DNA of 52,616 nucleotides from Candidatus Pacearchaeota archaeon (GTDB lineage Archaea; Nanobdellota; Nanobdellia; Pacearchaeales; GW2011-AR1): NCBI GenBank assembly GCA_018303825.1, contig JAGVXK010000022.1, positions 1 to 52,616 of the forward strand, read 5' to 3'. Shown piece by piece: positions 44,529 to 52,616 of this stretch (position 1 is its first letter; each line of letters starts with the position of its first letter). The notes under the pieces were generated by a model. It saw only the letters and a program-made list of their open reading frames with translations, ran no database searches and was not told where the DNA came from. The position numbers and the translations under genes were made by a program.

Positions 44529-47417
44529 ATGCAAAAGAGGCTATTGATTTTAAGTTTAACATTAGTATTAATTTTGTTCGTTGCCTCCGTTTCTGCTTTT
44601 TCATTCGTCGATTGGTTTAAGCATCTTACAGGAAGAGTAACTCTAGATGATTTAAACAATGACCCTGCTTTGGTTGCTCACTACAAGTTTGATTCTGACT
44701 TTTCCGATTCTTCCAGTAGTAGTTTGGGAAGTTCAGCTTCTAATACTCAGCTTGTTTCTTCAGGAAAAGTAAATGGAGCAGCTTCATTCAACGGGAATGC
44801 GCAAATTTCTGTCGTGGAAAATTCTGCTCTTGATTTGACAAATAAAGGAACAATCACTGCTTGGATAAATGGAAACTTATTCTCAACAAGTTATAATCAT
44901 ATAGCTGATAAGCTTTATTCTTATACTTTAAGCATCCAAAATGGAAGGCCTGCATGTGCTCTCGGCAACAGCTGGAAAGTTTCACAAACAATCCTAAATA
45001 CTGGGCAATGGTATTACATTACTTGCACTGATGACGGGAATAACACAAAGATATATATTAATGGTGCATTAGACTCAACATTCACTGATGCTGGTTCAAA
45101 CCCTCAGAGGGATGGAGGATTCTATATCGGTTCAGGTAGAAACTTTTATTACTTCGATGGACTTTTAGATGAATTAAGAGTATATAAGAAGGCTCTCTCC
45201 CCTGATGAAATCTCAGTCCTATATAATCAAGGTTCAACTGGCGGAGGCGGTGGTGGAGGCTGTTCAATAACAAACTGGACATGCGGCAATTGGATTTCTT
45301 GTTCATCAGACGGCACACAATCAAGATTCTGCACTTCCAACTGCAACACAAATAAAACAGAAACACAAAACTGTTCGGTTCCTGTAGAAGAAATAAGTGG
45401 CTGTTCAAATATTACTGACACAGTTAAAAGAAATATAGCTCAGTTTCAGAGTGGCAATTATACAGTTGTCTTAAGGGAAGGGCAAAAGTTTTACAGAAAC
45501 CAATATATAGTCCTTCCAGGAGATCAACAATATCCATCAGTTCCTAGTTTATTCAATGTCTTTGAAATCAAAAACTCCTCAACAGGATACAGTTCTGATA
45601 GTGTTAAATTACAAGTTGTTCTTGGTGGTGACATATATATCACAACAATAACAAGCGATGGCTCTGGGACAATAACAATTGGAGGGAAGGTTTATTCTGT
45701 CAAATATGGCGGATTAAGTGATGGTCCAAGTTCAAGTATGTGGGCAACATTGGACTTCCCACAAACATCATCTAATCAAGTCATGACATTCTACAATTGC
45801 ACTATCACACCAACATGCACAGACAGCGATGGCGGGTTGAATTATGATGTTAAAGGGAATGTGATATCAAAGATAGAGGGAACATTTATTGATTATTGTG
45901 AACAAGATAACGGTAACCTTCTTTTTGAGTACATATGTGACGATGGAGCAATTAATGATGGAGAAGTTAAAATAAGTGAATATAATTGCCAAAATGGCTG
46001 CTCTGACGGAGCATGCGCAACTGAAAGCAGCACTTGCCAGCAGTTAGTGTTAGATAGAAATGCATTGCTTCAGACAAATTATGGTGATTATTACTTGCAG
46101 AGCAACGCATCAGAGACTTCTGATGAACCATTTATGAATATGGGAACTGTGAAGAGAAATTACCTAACTTATGGAAACAATAATAATAGCAAGATTGTTG
46201 CCATCCAAACTATAACTTCATTAAACTACTCTTCAATAGCAGAAACTGAGTGGTACAAAGATCTGCTCGAGGAAGCAAAAAGGTTTGAGACTTGGAGCGG
46301 CGGTTCGATTTATCTTAGTGGAGATAAATCCCTTCAGTATTACTCCTTGTCTGGAAATGGAGAGAATATTTACTTCTGGATTAGCGGAAACTCTTTTGTA
46401 GTGGTTGCCGTTTATGATTCCCAGCAACATTACTCTCAGAACTTGTTGTCTCCGGAAGAATTGACTAAGAAGATACAGAATAATGCCTTTGACTACATTC
46501 CAGGTTATGTATTTGGTGATATTTATGGAATTGTATCTCAATACATGAATGCCTGCAATTCTGAAGTCAATGAAGTATGCTTCCCTGAATGGGAAAAGAA
46601 AACTGAGCCAGTTATCTGTCCGGAATATGGCCGTCAAACAGAGGTATTAAGGGATGTTACTGGCTGTGTTGATAACAAAGAAACAACAAAGTATTGCTCT
46701 CCAGGAATATGCTCGGGATGTTATGTTCCAAGATGGTTTGGAGATAAATATGGGGACAAAACCTGTATACCTTATGGATTTAGATTTGATTTCCAAGATG
46801 GATACACAAATAAAGTGTATGAAAGCAGAATAATAGCAGAGATGATTACACAAACAGGATTCAATGCAACATTTAGTATAATGCCTGATGGAACTGCTTA
46901 TGCCAAAATCAATAGTGATATTAATTTGATGAATGCAACAAATGGTCAAATTGCAAGCTTTGAAATTTCATTTGACGGCAATATTTATCAGGGCAAGGCA
47001 GGGGAATCTTTAACAATAACTCCGGGATATCACCAAGTGGATGTAACTTTCTATGATTCTTACGGGAACAAAGTTCAGTCTGAGGGAGCAAATATTGAGA
47101 TAACGAGAATAGTTTATTCGGAAGATCCATCAGGAAGATACATAGAGATAAGAAATAGATATGATTATTCAGCATACTGTGACATAGATGGCTGGGTAAA
47201 GCAGCAGAAATCAACAGGTTTCGATAATGAGTGGGCAAAATGCCAGAACAATTATGAATGTACTAGTAACTTGTGCTCAAATGGGGAGTGCGTGGACACA
47301 AAAGCACTTGCTCAAGAAGCAAGAGGCTTCAAGGCCTTCGTAGTCAGAATGCTTTGCAAGCTTGGAAATATATTTGATGACAAGGCATATAACCAATGTG
47401 TAATCGATAATATCTGA
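44529..47417 (+). CDS. Large secreted mosaic surface protein (LamG/concanavalin-like domain, TSP1-like and Cys-rich modules)
   Basis: Signal peptide; AHYKFD...GKVNGAASFNG...WYYITCT...YINGAL...FDGLLDELRVYKKALS (LamG); CSITNWTCGNWISC...QSRFC; CTDSDGG. Confidence 0.85.
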   Translation: MQKRLLILSLTLVLILFVASVSAFSFVDWFKHLTGRVTLDDLNNDPALVAHYKFDSDFSDSSSSSLGSSASNTQLVSSGKVNGAASFNGNAQISVVENSALDLTNKGTITAWINGNLFSTSYNHIADKLYSYTLSIQNGRPACALGNSWKVSQTILNTGQWYYITCTDDGNNTKIYINGALDSTFTDAGSNPQRDGGFYIGSGRNFYYFDGLLDELRVYKKALSPDEISVLYNQGSTGGGGGGGCSITNWTCGNWISCSSDGTQSRFCTSNCNTNKTETQNCSVPVEEISGCSNITDTVKRNIAQFQSGNYTVVLREGQKFYRNQYIVLPGDQQYPSVPSLFNVFEIKNSSTGYSSDSVKLQVVLGGDIYITTITSDGSGTITIGGKVYSVKYGGLSDGPSSSMWATLDFPQTSSNQVMTFYNCTITPTCTDSDGGLNYDVKGNVISKIEGTFIDYCEQDNGNLLFEYICDDGAINDGEVKISEYNCQNGCSDGACATESSTCQQLVLDRNALLQTNYGDYYLQSNASETSDEPFMNMGTVKRNYLTYGNNNNSKIVAIQTITSLNYSSIAETEWYKDLLEEAKRFETWSGGSIYLSGDKSLQYYSLSGNGENIYFWISGNSFVVVAVYDSQQHYSQNLLSPEELTKKIQNNAFDYIPGYVFGDIYGIVSQYMNACNSEVNEVCFPEWEKKTEPVICPEYGRQTEVLRDVTGCVDNKETTKYCSPGICSGCYVPRWFGDKYGDKTCIPYGFRFDFQDGYTNKVYESRIIAEMITQTGFNATFSIMPDGTAYAKINSDINLMNATNGQIASFEISFDGNIYQGKAGESLTITPGYHQVDVTFYDSYGNKVQSEGANIEITRIVYSEDPSGRYIEIRNRYDYSAYCDIDGWVKQQKSTGFDNEWAKCQNNYECTSNLCSNGECVDTKALAQEARGFKAFVVRMLCKLGNIFDDKAYNQCVIDNI

Positions 47418-47460
47418 TTATTTAAAATAAGTTTATAAACTATATCTAATTTATTAGAAG

Positions 47461-47814
47461 ATGGAAGAGGGTCAAAAGATAAAAGTAAAGAGGATATATC
47501 TTGGGAAAGCTACTCTCGTGGGATTGTCTTTAGGCTTGTTCTTAGGAATAATCAGCACAATACTCTTTTTGATTGCAATGTCAATAATTGGTCAGCAGAC
47601 AATTGTCGATATAAATCTAGGGGATATATTTGGCACCAGTTTTAAGATAATAATCTCGTTGCTCATCATTGTTGGTTCTTCTATTTTAATGACCATTCTA
47701 GGCTTTCTCTGGGCTGTTTTTTACAATCTCTTGGCAAAGATAGGGTTTAATTTAGATTTGGAAATGATGGATGTCGGCGAAGAAAATCTTGAAATAAGGA
47801 ATCAGCAGATTTAA
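47461..47814 (+). CDS. Small multi-TM membrane protein (DUF3566-like)
   Basis: Two long hydrophobic segments; KVKRI... start and FYNLLA end. Confidence 0.6.
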   Translation: MEEGQKIKVKRIYLGKATLVGLSLGLFLGIISTILFLIAMSIIGQQTIVDINLGDIFGTSFKIIISLLIIVGSSILMTILGFLWAVFYNLLAKIGFNLDLEMMDVGEENLEIRNQQI

Positions 47815-47943
47815 AAACCCAAAACTTCTGAAAAGAATAATGTCATAAGATGATCTTCTGGCAGAAGATTAGCAGGTACAGGCTGAAACAAACCCTGACA
47901 AACCCCTGCACTCTTTATACAAAATTTACACAAACAACAAGAA

Positions 47944-48216
47944 ATGGAAAGAAAACAATATACCTTAACGCTGGTTCCGATTCCTGCAGATGGGAAAGTA
48001 ATCTTTAGGAAGCAGGAATATACCACGGCGGCTAAAAGTCCAAGAAATAGCCTCGTTATAAATGGTCAAAGATATTACATAAGGAGAAATGGAGATGTGG
48101 GGATAACCGAATTGGAAGAAGCTGTGTTTAGCGCAACAGAAAAAATACTTCTACAAAGAAAAATTGACTCTCCAATTGATATTACTCTAACAATTGAAGA
48201 AAACAAGGTGCTATAA
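47944..48216 (+). CDS. Hypothetical protein coupled to rps2
   Basis: TAATG overlap with rps2 at 48214-48218. Confidence 0.55.
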   Translation: MERKQYTLTLVPIPADGKVIFRKQEYTTAAKSPRNSLVINGQRYYIRRNGDVGITELEEAVFSATEKILLQRKIDSPIDITLTIEENKVL

Positions 48217-49118
48217 TGGCAAAAGCAAAAAAAATAACCGAAGAAGAAGCAAAAGAAAAAGCTGAAGAAAAAATCAGCAAGAAAGGTGAAGCTGTAGCTC
48301 AAGACAGTGTAGCAGATATAGACGATAATAAAGATTCTAAGAAAATTAAAATTGGTGAAATTAAGTCAGATGTAAAAGATAATGATTCCGAAGAAGCAAA
48401 AAGCAAAAAATCAAAGCTTGAAGCATTGAAGGCAAGAGCAAAGAAGCTTGCAGAAGAAAGCGAGGAAAAGAAGTTTGATATAAAGAAAGAGATGAAGGGC
48501 GAGGAAGCCGAAAAGAAAGACACATTAGTTCCAATTGAAGATTATCTAAAAGCATCTATTCATTTGGGAACAAGAGTTATAACCCCAGATATGAGAAAAT
48601 ATGTTTACAGAAGAAGAGCAGATGGCCTTGCAGTGTTTAATACTGCAATGCTTGACGGAGAAATACTTAGGGGTGCCGAATTCCTTGCTAAGTTTGCCCC
48701 TGAAAAAGCAATCATTGTATGCAAAAGAGAAGCCGGATGGAAAGCGGCAAATAAATTTTCTGAAATTACTGGAATAAGAACATTTACAAAGAAATATCCT
48801 GCCGGAGTTTTGACAAATGCAAAATTGGAAAACTTCTTTGAAGTTGACATTGTCTTTATCTGCGACCCCTGGCTTGACAAGAACGCATTGAATGATGCTA
48901 GAAGAGTAAGAATCCCTGTAATGTCTATATGCGACACAAACAATTATACCCAAGGTGTTACAGCGATAGTCCCCGGAAATAATAAATCAGCAAAGTCCCT
49001 TGGAATGATTCTTTACCTTTTAACAAAACTTTATGTTGAAAAGAGAAAGATAAAAGCCCCGGAATTCACGATAAAAGACTTCGTTGACGACTGGGATAAT
49101 CTTGTTCCCCCGAAGTAA
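48216..49118 (+). CDS. rps2: 30S ribosomal protein S2 with Lys/Glu-rich N-terminal extension
   Basis: YLKASIHLGT, MRKYVYRRRADGL, KYPAGVLTN, RIPVMSICDTNN, PGNNKS. Confidence 0.97.
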   Translation: MAKAKKITEEEAKEKAEEKISKKGEAVAQDSVADIDDNKDSKKIKIGEIKSDVKDNDSEEAKSKKSKLEALKARAKKLAEESEEKKFDIKKEMKGEEAEKKDTLVPIEDYLKASIHLGTRVITPDMRKYVYRRRADGLAVFNTAMLDGEILRGAEFLAKFAPEKAIIVCKREAGWKAANKFSEITGIRTFTKKYPAGVLTNAKLENFFEVDIVFICDPWLDKNALNDARRVRIPVMSICDTNNYTQGVTAIVPGNNKSAKSLGMILYLLTKLYVEKRKIKAPEFTIKDFVDDWDNLVPPK

Positions 49119-49190
49119 AACTCGTCGATTATTTGTTTCTATTTATTAATGGTTAGACAGATTTTTATACTATATATGCAGACTGTTTAA

Positions 49191-49808
49191 ATGGAATTAG
49201 TTAACAACAAAATAATCTCGGATAAAATAATAAATAAACTCGATATGTTTGTGATAAAATTTGTCAATATTTTAGAGAAATATACTTCATATGTAATTGT
49301 TTCGGGATATGTTTCTATAGTTCTCGGCAGGTCAAGAGCAACAGAGGATGTAGACTTATTATTTCCCAAAATCAACTTATCAATATTTAAGCTTTTATTT
49401 AATGAGTTATTAGAAAAAGGTTATGAATGTGCTAACACATCAAACATTCAAGAGGCGCTCGAGATGTTAAATAGCCACGCAATAAGATTTTTTGAAAAAG
49501 GATATCCTATTCCAAATATAGAATTTAAGCAAATTAATAATGATATTCAGAGGTATTCTTTTGAAAACAAAATATCGCTATCTTTAAAGGAAAAGACTTT
49601 GTTTATCTCACCATTGGAAGTCCAGATAGCCTACAAACTTTCCTTGATGTCTGATGAAGACATTGATGAAATAAGCTCGGATAAGGACTTCGAAGATGCG
49701 AAGCATATCTATCTTACTTTCAAAGAAAAGCTTGACATAAAAAAGTTAATATACTTCATTAAATTACTAAAAGTAGAATCAAAATGGGAGTTATTGAAGA
49801 ATGGATGA
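49191..49808 (+). CDS. Nucleotidyltransferase-fold protein (AbiEii/DUF6036-like), putative toxin
   Basis: YVIVSGYVSIVLGRSRATEDVDLL resembles the GG..A...G..R.T.D.D motif. Confidence 0.75.
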   Translation: MELVNNKIISDKIINKLDMFVIKFVNILEKYTSYVIVSGYVSIVLGRSRATEDVDLLFPKINLSIFKLLFNELLEKGYECANTSNIQEALEMLNSHAIRFFEKGYPIPNIEFKQINNDIQRYSFENKISLSLKEKTLFISPLEVQIAYKLSLMSDEDIDEISSDKDFEDAKHIYLTFKEKLDIKKLIYFIKLLKVESKWELLKNG

Positions 49809-50001
49809 ATTGAACATTAAGGTTGATTTAGATGAGCTGAAGGCAGAAAAACAAAGAAATTTTAAGGAAAGGTTATGGTTTATTACCTATTGGGCTGATT
49901 ATATTAAGGCACACTCTGATGAAGAATGGAGCAAGCAACAAGCAATCTTAATAGACTCTCAAATTGAAAACGCAAGAAGCTTAGCAAAAAAGAAAGACTA
50001 G
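49801..50001 (+). CDS. Small helical protein, putative partner/antitoxin
   Basis: 8-nt overlap with the NTase gene; NFKERLWFITYWADYI...WSKQQ. Confidence 0.65.
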   Translation: MDELNIKVDLDELKAEKQRNFKERLWFITYWADYIKAHSDEEWSKQQAILIDSQIENARSLAKKKD

Positions 50002-50104
50002 CGCCCCTCAAATTCACGATAAAAGACTTCGTTGATGACTGGGATAATCTTGTTCCTCCGAATAAATTAGTTATCTATAAAAAGCCAGTTTTTTGTTTTA
50101 TTTA

Positions 50105-50539
50105 ATGAATGAGAAAGACTTGCCAATTACCTTATCAAAAATTTACGATGAAAGAACTTGTCCAGTTGCTGTGTTTATAAAAAATAAAAAGGTTTTGTGC
50201 GGTTTTAGGCACTATAAGCTAAATACTCCGATGGAGCTTCATGTCTGGACCTGTCCTGGGGGAAGGCCAAACAAGAATGAAATTGTTGAAACTACTTTAA
50301 GAAGAGAGGTAGCAGAGGAAACAGGAATAACTGATTTTAGAATTTTGAATTTTATAGGCGAATTTGAGGGGTCGCATAAAGGGGATACCCTTATGCTATT
50401 TATCTGCGAAACCTCCCAATCTCCAAAATTGATGGAACCTGAGAAATTCTCCGAATGGAAATGGTTTTCAAGCAAGGACTTCCCAAAAAATTTTATTAAT
50501 TCTACAGTCAGAAAAGCAATTTTAAAAATTGTAGAATAG
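50105..50539 (+). CDS. Nudix hydrolase
   Basis: Nudix box PGGRPNKNEIVETTLRREVAEETG; ATG 50105. Confidence 0.88.
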   Translation: MNEKDLPITLSKIYDERTCPVAVFIKNKKVLCGFRHYKLNTPMELHVWTCPGGRPNKNEIVETTLRREVAEETGITDFRILNFIGEFEGSHKGDTLMLFICETSQSPKLMEPEKFSEWKWFSSKDFPKNFINSTVRKAILKIVE

Positions 50540-51877
50540 ATAATTTTTCCTCGATTTTTTCCGAAAGGTTTATAAAGCATTTTTCTTTTGAACAGTAATC
50601 AAAATGTTAGCTTTAATGAGTGCCTTAATGTTTACCGTCGAGAATCATTTGAGTTTTCGACAATTGCATATTAAGGTATGAGGTATGCAAATATTGATTG
50701 TAGATACAAACTCATTAATTCTTTTTTTAGATTTTAATTTCAAATATGAATTATTAGAATTTTATTCTAATTAGGCACTTTTAAAGCAAGAATTAATGTG
50801 ATTTATTTCTCAATAACTAATAATTATTTTATGACGCAAGTCGTCACAGGAAGTTTGAGTGAAGTTGGATTCTCTCAAGAAACCAACGAAAATCATTTGG
50901 TAGGCAAGAATAGTTTTTCTACCTACCTAGAGTTTCTTTTTTCTAAAAAGAAACTGTAGATTAAATCCAGTTTATCCTGCTGGCGGCTGCGGCTATCTGA
51001 TTTGCACTTAGACATGCAAGTCTGTCGAGAGACGGCGTACTGCTCAGTAACACGTAGCTAACCTGCCCTATAGTCGATGATAACGTCGGGAAACTGACGG
51101 TAAACATCGATAGAAGATTTTTTCTGGAATGATAGATCTTCCAAATTAGAGCTGTAGGATGGGGCTGCGGCTGATTAGGTAGTTGGCGGGGTAAATGCCC
51201 ACCAAGCCGATTATCAGTAAGGGCCTTTAGCGAGGAAACCCTGAGAGGGAGTCTGAGACACTACTCCCAGCCCTACGGGGTGCAGCAGTCGGGAAAATTT
51301 TGCAATGCGCGGAGCAAGTCAGAGTGATTTTCCGTATTGGAAAATCTTTTGTGTGATGTAAACATTCATACGAATAAGGAGTGGGAGAGACTGGTGCCAG
51401 CCGCCGCGGTAATCCCAGCACTCCAAGTCGCAGCCACAATTATTGGGTCTAAAACATCCGTAGCTTGCTTTGTAAGTCTTTTGTGAAATCGGGCATCTTA
51501 AGTGTCCGGCGAGCAAAAGATACTGTAAAGCTAGGGACCGGGAGATGTGAAGAGTACAAATAATGTAGCGGTAAAATGCGTTGATCTTATTTGGACTAAC
51601 AACAGCGAAGGCACTTTACAAGAACGGATCCGACAGTGAGGGATGAAGGCTAGGGGCGCAAATTGGATTAGATACCCAAGTAGTCCTAGCAGTAAACACT
51701 GCACACTGAACATCGGGGCCTCTTCGGGAGGTTTCGGTGCTGTAGAGAAGTCGGAGAGTGTGCTACCTGGGAAGTATAGTCGCAAGGCCGAAACTTAAAG
51801 GAATAGGCGGGGGAGTACTACAACGAGTGACGCGTGCGGTTCAATTAGATTCTACACCGTGAACCTCACCAGGACCG

Positions 51878-52518
51878 AATCAGTCAATCCGCTACTACAG
51901 GTAAGGTTTATAAATGACGACGTTCTTAAGTGTCGTATGGGCAAGCGGAAGCCCCCATATAATGCCATGAGACAGGATGTAAACTTGACGCTGTTAAGCA
52001 AGGAAGAAATTGGTTATCTCTTTGGGTTTTTTGTTGGAGATGGAAACATATTTACAAGCAGAAAACTTGGAGTTTATAGAGTAAGAATATTTACCTTCAT
52101 CAAAGAAGTAAATATTCAAAATAAATTAAGGGAGATTCTTCGTACGATATTGAAGAATTTTCGTGAATATAAGGAACAAGATAACACTTATGTGTTTGAG
52201 TTTCACTCTAAAGATTTTATTAACAAAATGTTAAAAATTGTTGATAAAAATGGGCTTAAAAAAATAATTTCTAAGAAGTCTGAGAGAGCTTTTATCGAGG
52301 GTCTTATAGACAGCGATGGCTATGTTCAAAGAAACTATTGTGAGATAACCACAGTCAATCCAAAACTGAAAAGCAATATCATCGAAATATTGAAAAGATT
52401 TGGAGTCAAAAGCATCACAAGGAAATTTCCTAGAAACCATCACCTGGATGGTTTCAGAGTTGGATTTTCCCTAAACGGTAAAATTTTCTTTCCGTGTAAG
52501 TGGGTTACTGGTGTCCAG
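51878..52518 (+). mobile_element. Archaeal BHB-type rRNA intron (641 nt)
   Basis: GGAC/GTCC 4-bp helix with 3-nt bulges CGA (51876-51878) and AGA (52517-52519), plus an inner stem ATCAGT/ACTGGT and AATCCGCT/AGTGGGTT. Splicing restores CTCACCAGGACCGACAGCAGG. Confidence 0.9.
51907..51914 (+). promoter_or_regulatory. Putative intron-internal TATA box for the endonuclease
   Basis: TTTATAAA ending 23 nt before the in-frame ATG at 51937. Confidence 0.4.
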
Positions 52519-52530
52519 ACAGCAGGATGA
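51937..52530 (+). CDS. Intron-encoded double-motif LAGLIDADG homing endonuclease
   Basis: EIGYLFGFFVGDG and RAFIEGLIDSDG motifs; first in-frame ATG inside the intron at 51937 (alternative 51967); the linear-form stop lies in the 3' exon. Confidence 0.92.
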   Translation: MGKRKPPYNAMRQDVNLTLLSKEEIGYLFGFFVGDGNIFTSRKLGVYRVRIFTFIKEVNIQNKLREILRTILKNFREYKEQDNTYVFEFHSKDFINKMLKIVDKNGLKKIISKKSERAFIEGLIDSDGYVQRNYCEITTVNPKLKSNIIEILKRFGVKSITRKFPRNHHLDGFRVGFSLNGKIFFPCKWVTGVQTAG

Positions 52531-52616
52531 AGGTCAGTCTAAAGGGCTTACCTGACACGCTGAGAGGAGATGCATGGCCGACGTCAGCCTGTGTCGTGAG
52601 ATGACCAGTTAAATCT

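Larger units (their letters stand above)
49063..50062 (+). mobile_element. Candidate integrated islet at the rps2 3' end, bounded by 52-bp direct repeats
   Basis: 49063-49114 vs 50011-50062 match at 50/52 nt and enclose a two-gene module. Confidence 0.6.
50964..52616 (+). rRNA. rrs: 16S rRNA gene, 5' part (interrupted by an intron; truncated by window end)
   Basis: ATCCAGTTTATCCTGCTGG start, ACATGCAAGTC, CCCTACGGGGTGCAGCAG, GTGCCAGCCGCCGCGGTAA, ATTAGATACCC, AAACTTAAAGGAAT, GCATGGCCGACGTCAGC. Confidence 0.97.

Noticed and set aside
47811-48026. 71-aa Cys-containing minus-strand ORF (considered as rpl40e)
   Set aside because: Lacks the L40e CxxC..N...A..CRKC pattern and overlaps plus-strand genes.
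50831-50959. 42-codon ORF just upstream of 16S
   Set aside because: The region is a run of hairpins (TGACG/CGTCA, GTTGG/CCAAC, GGTAGG/CCTACC, AGTTTC/GAAACT) better explained as the pre-rRNA 5' leader.
51227-51785. Three ORFs inside the 16S region
   Set aside because: They lie within rRNA sequence; spurious.
51859-51936. GTG start for the LAGLIDADG ORF given by the ORF track
   Set aside because: It lies in the 16S exon and across the BHB stem; the in-intron ATG at 51937 or 51967 is more plausible.
1-52616. CRISPR array, tRNA genes, integrase or DGR
   Set aside because: No regularly spaced repeats, cloverleaf structures, recombinase or reverse-transcriptase motifs were recognised by eye.

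Overview
Genome fragment of a DPANN archaeon, most likely Pacearchaeota-like. That assignment is inferred from the fused PriS-PriL primase, archaeal r-proteins, exosome, proteasome and a very divergent archaeal 16S. Layout: (1) 1-139, the 3' end of an IS200/IS605-family tnpA and its terminal hairpin. (2) 164-16646, a minus-strand cluster of secreted Cys-rich proteins with a tandemly duplicated cassette. Each cassette has a large secreted protein (conserved N-terminus, Gly-rich hydrophobic segment, unrelated C-terminus; one C-terminus has an HExxH motif), a coupled ~590-aa partner with the opposite conservation polarity, and a small cytoplasmic ORF. This is a candidate polymorphic-toxin/effector system and sits downstream of a class III pilin-like gene. 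(3) Primase, PCNA and the S10-spc r-protein superoperon, carrying several coupled orphan ORFs and minigenes. (4) secY, DUF106, psmA, sdo1, rrp4/41/42, rpoK, eno and rps2. (5) A nucleotidyltransferase/small-protein islet flanked by a 52-bp duplication of the rps2 3' end. (6) The 5' part of a 16S rRNA gene with a 641-nt BHB-type intron encoding a LAGLIDADG endonuclease that has no stop codon inside the linear intron. No tRNA or CRISPR array was recognised. All homology calls come from motif recognition by eye; no database search was run.
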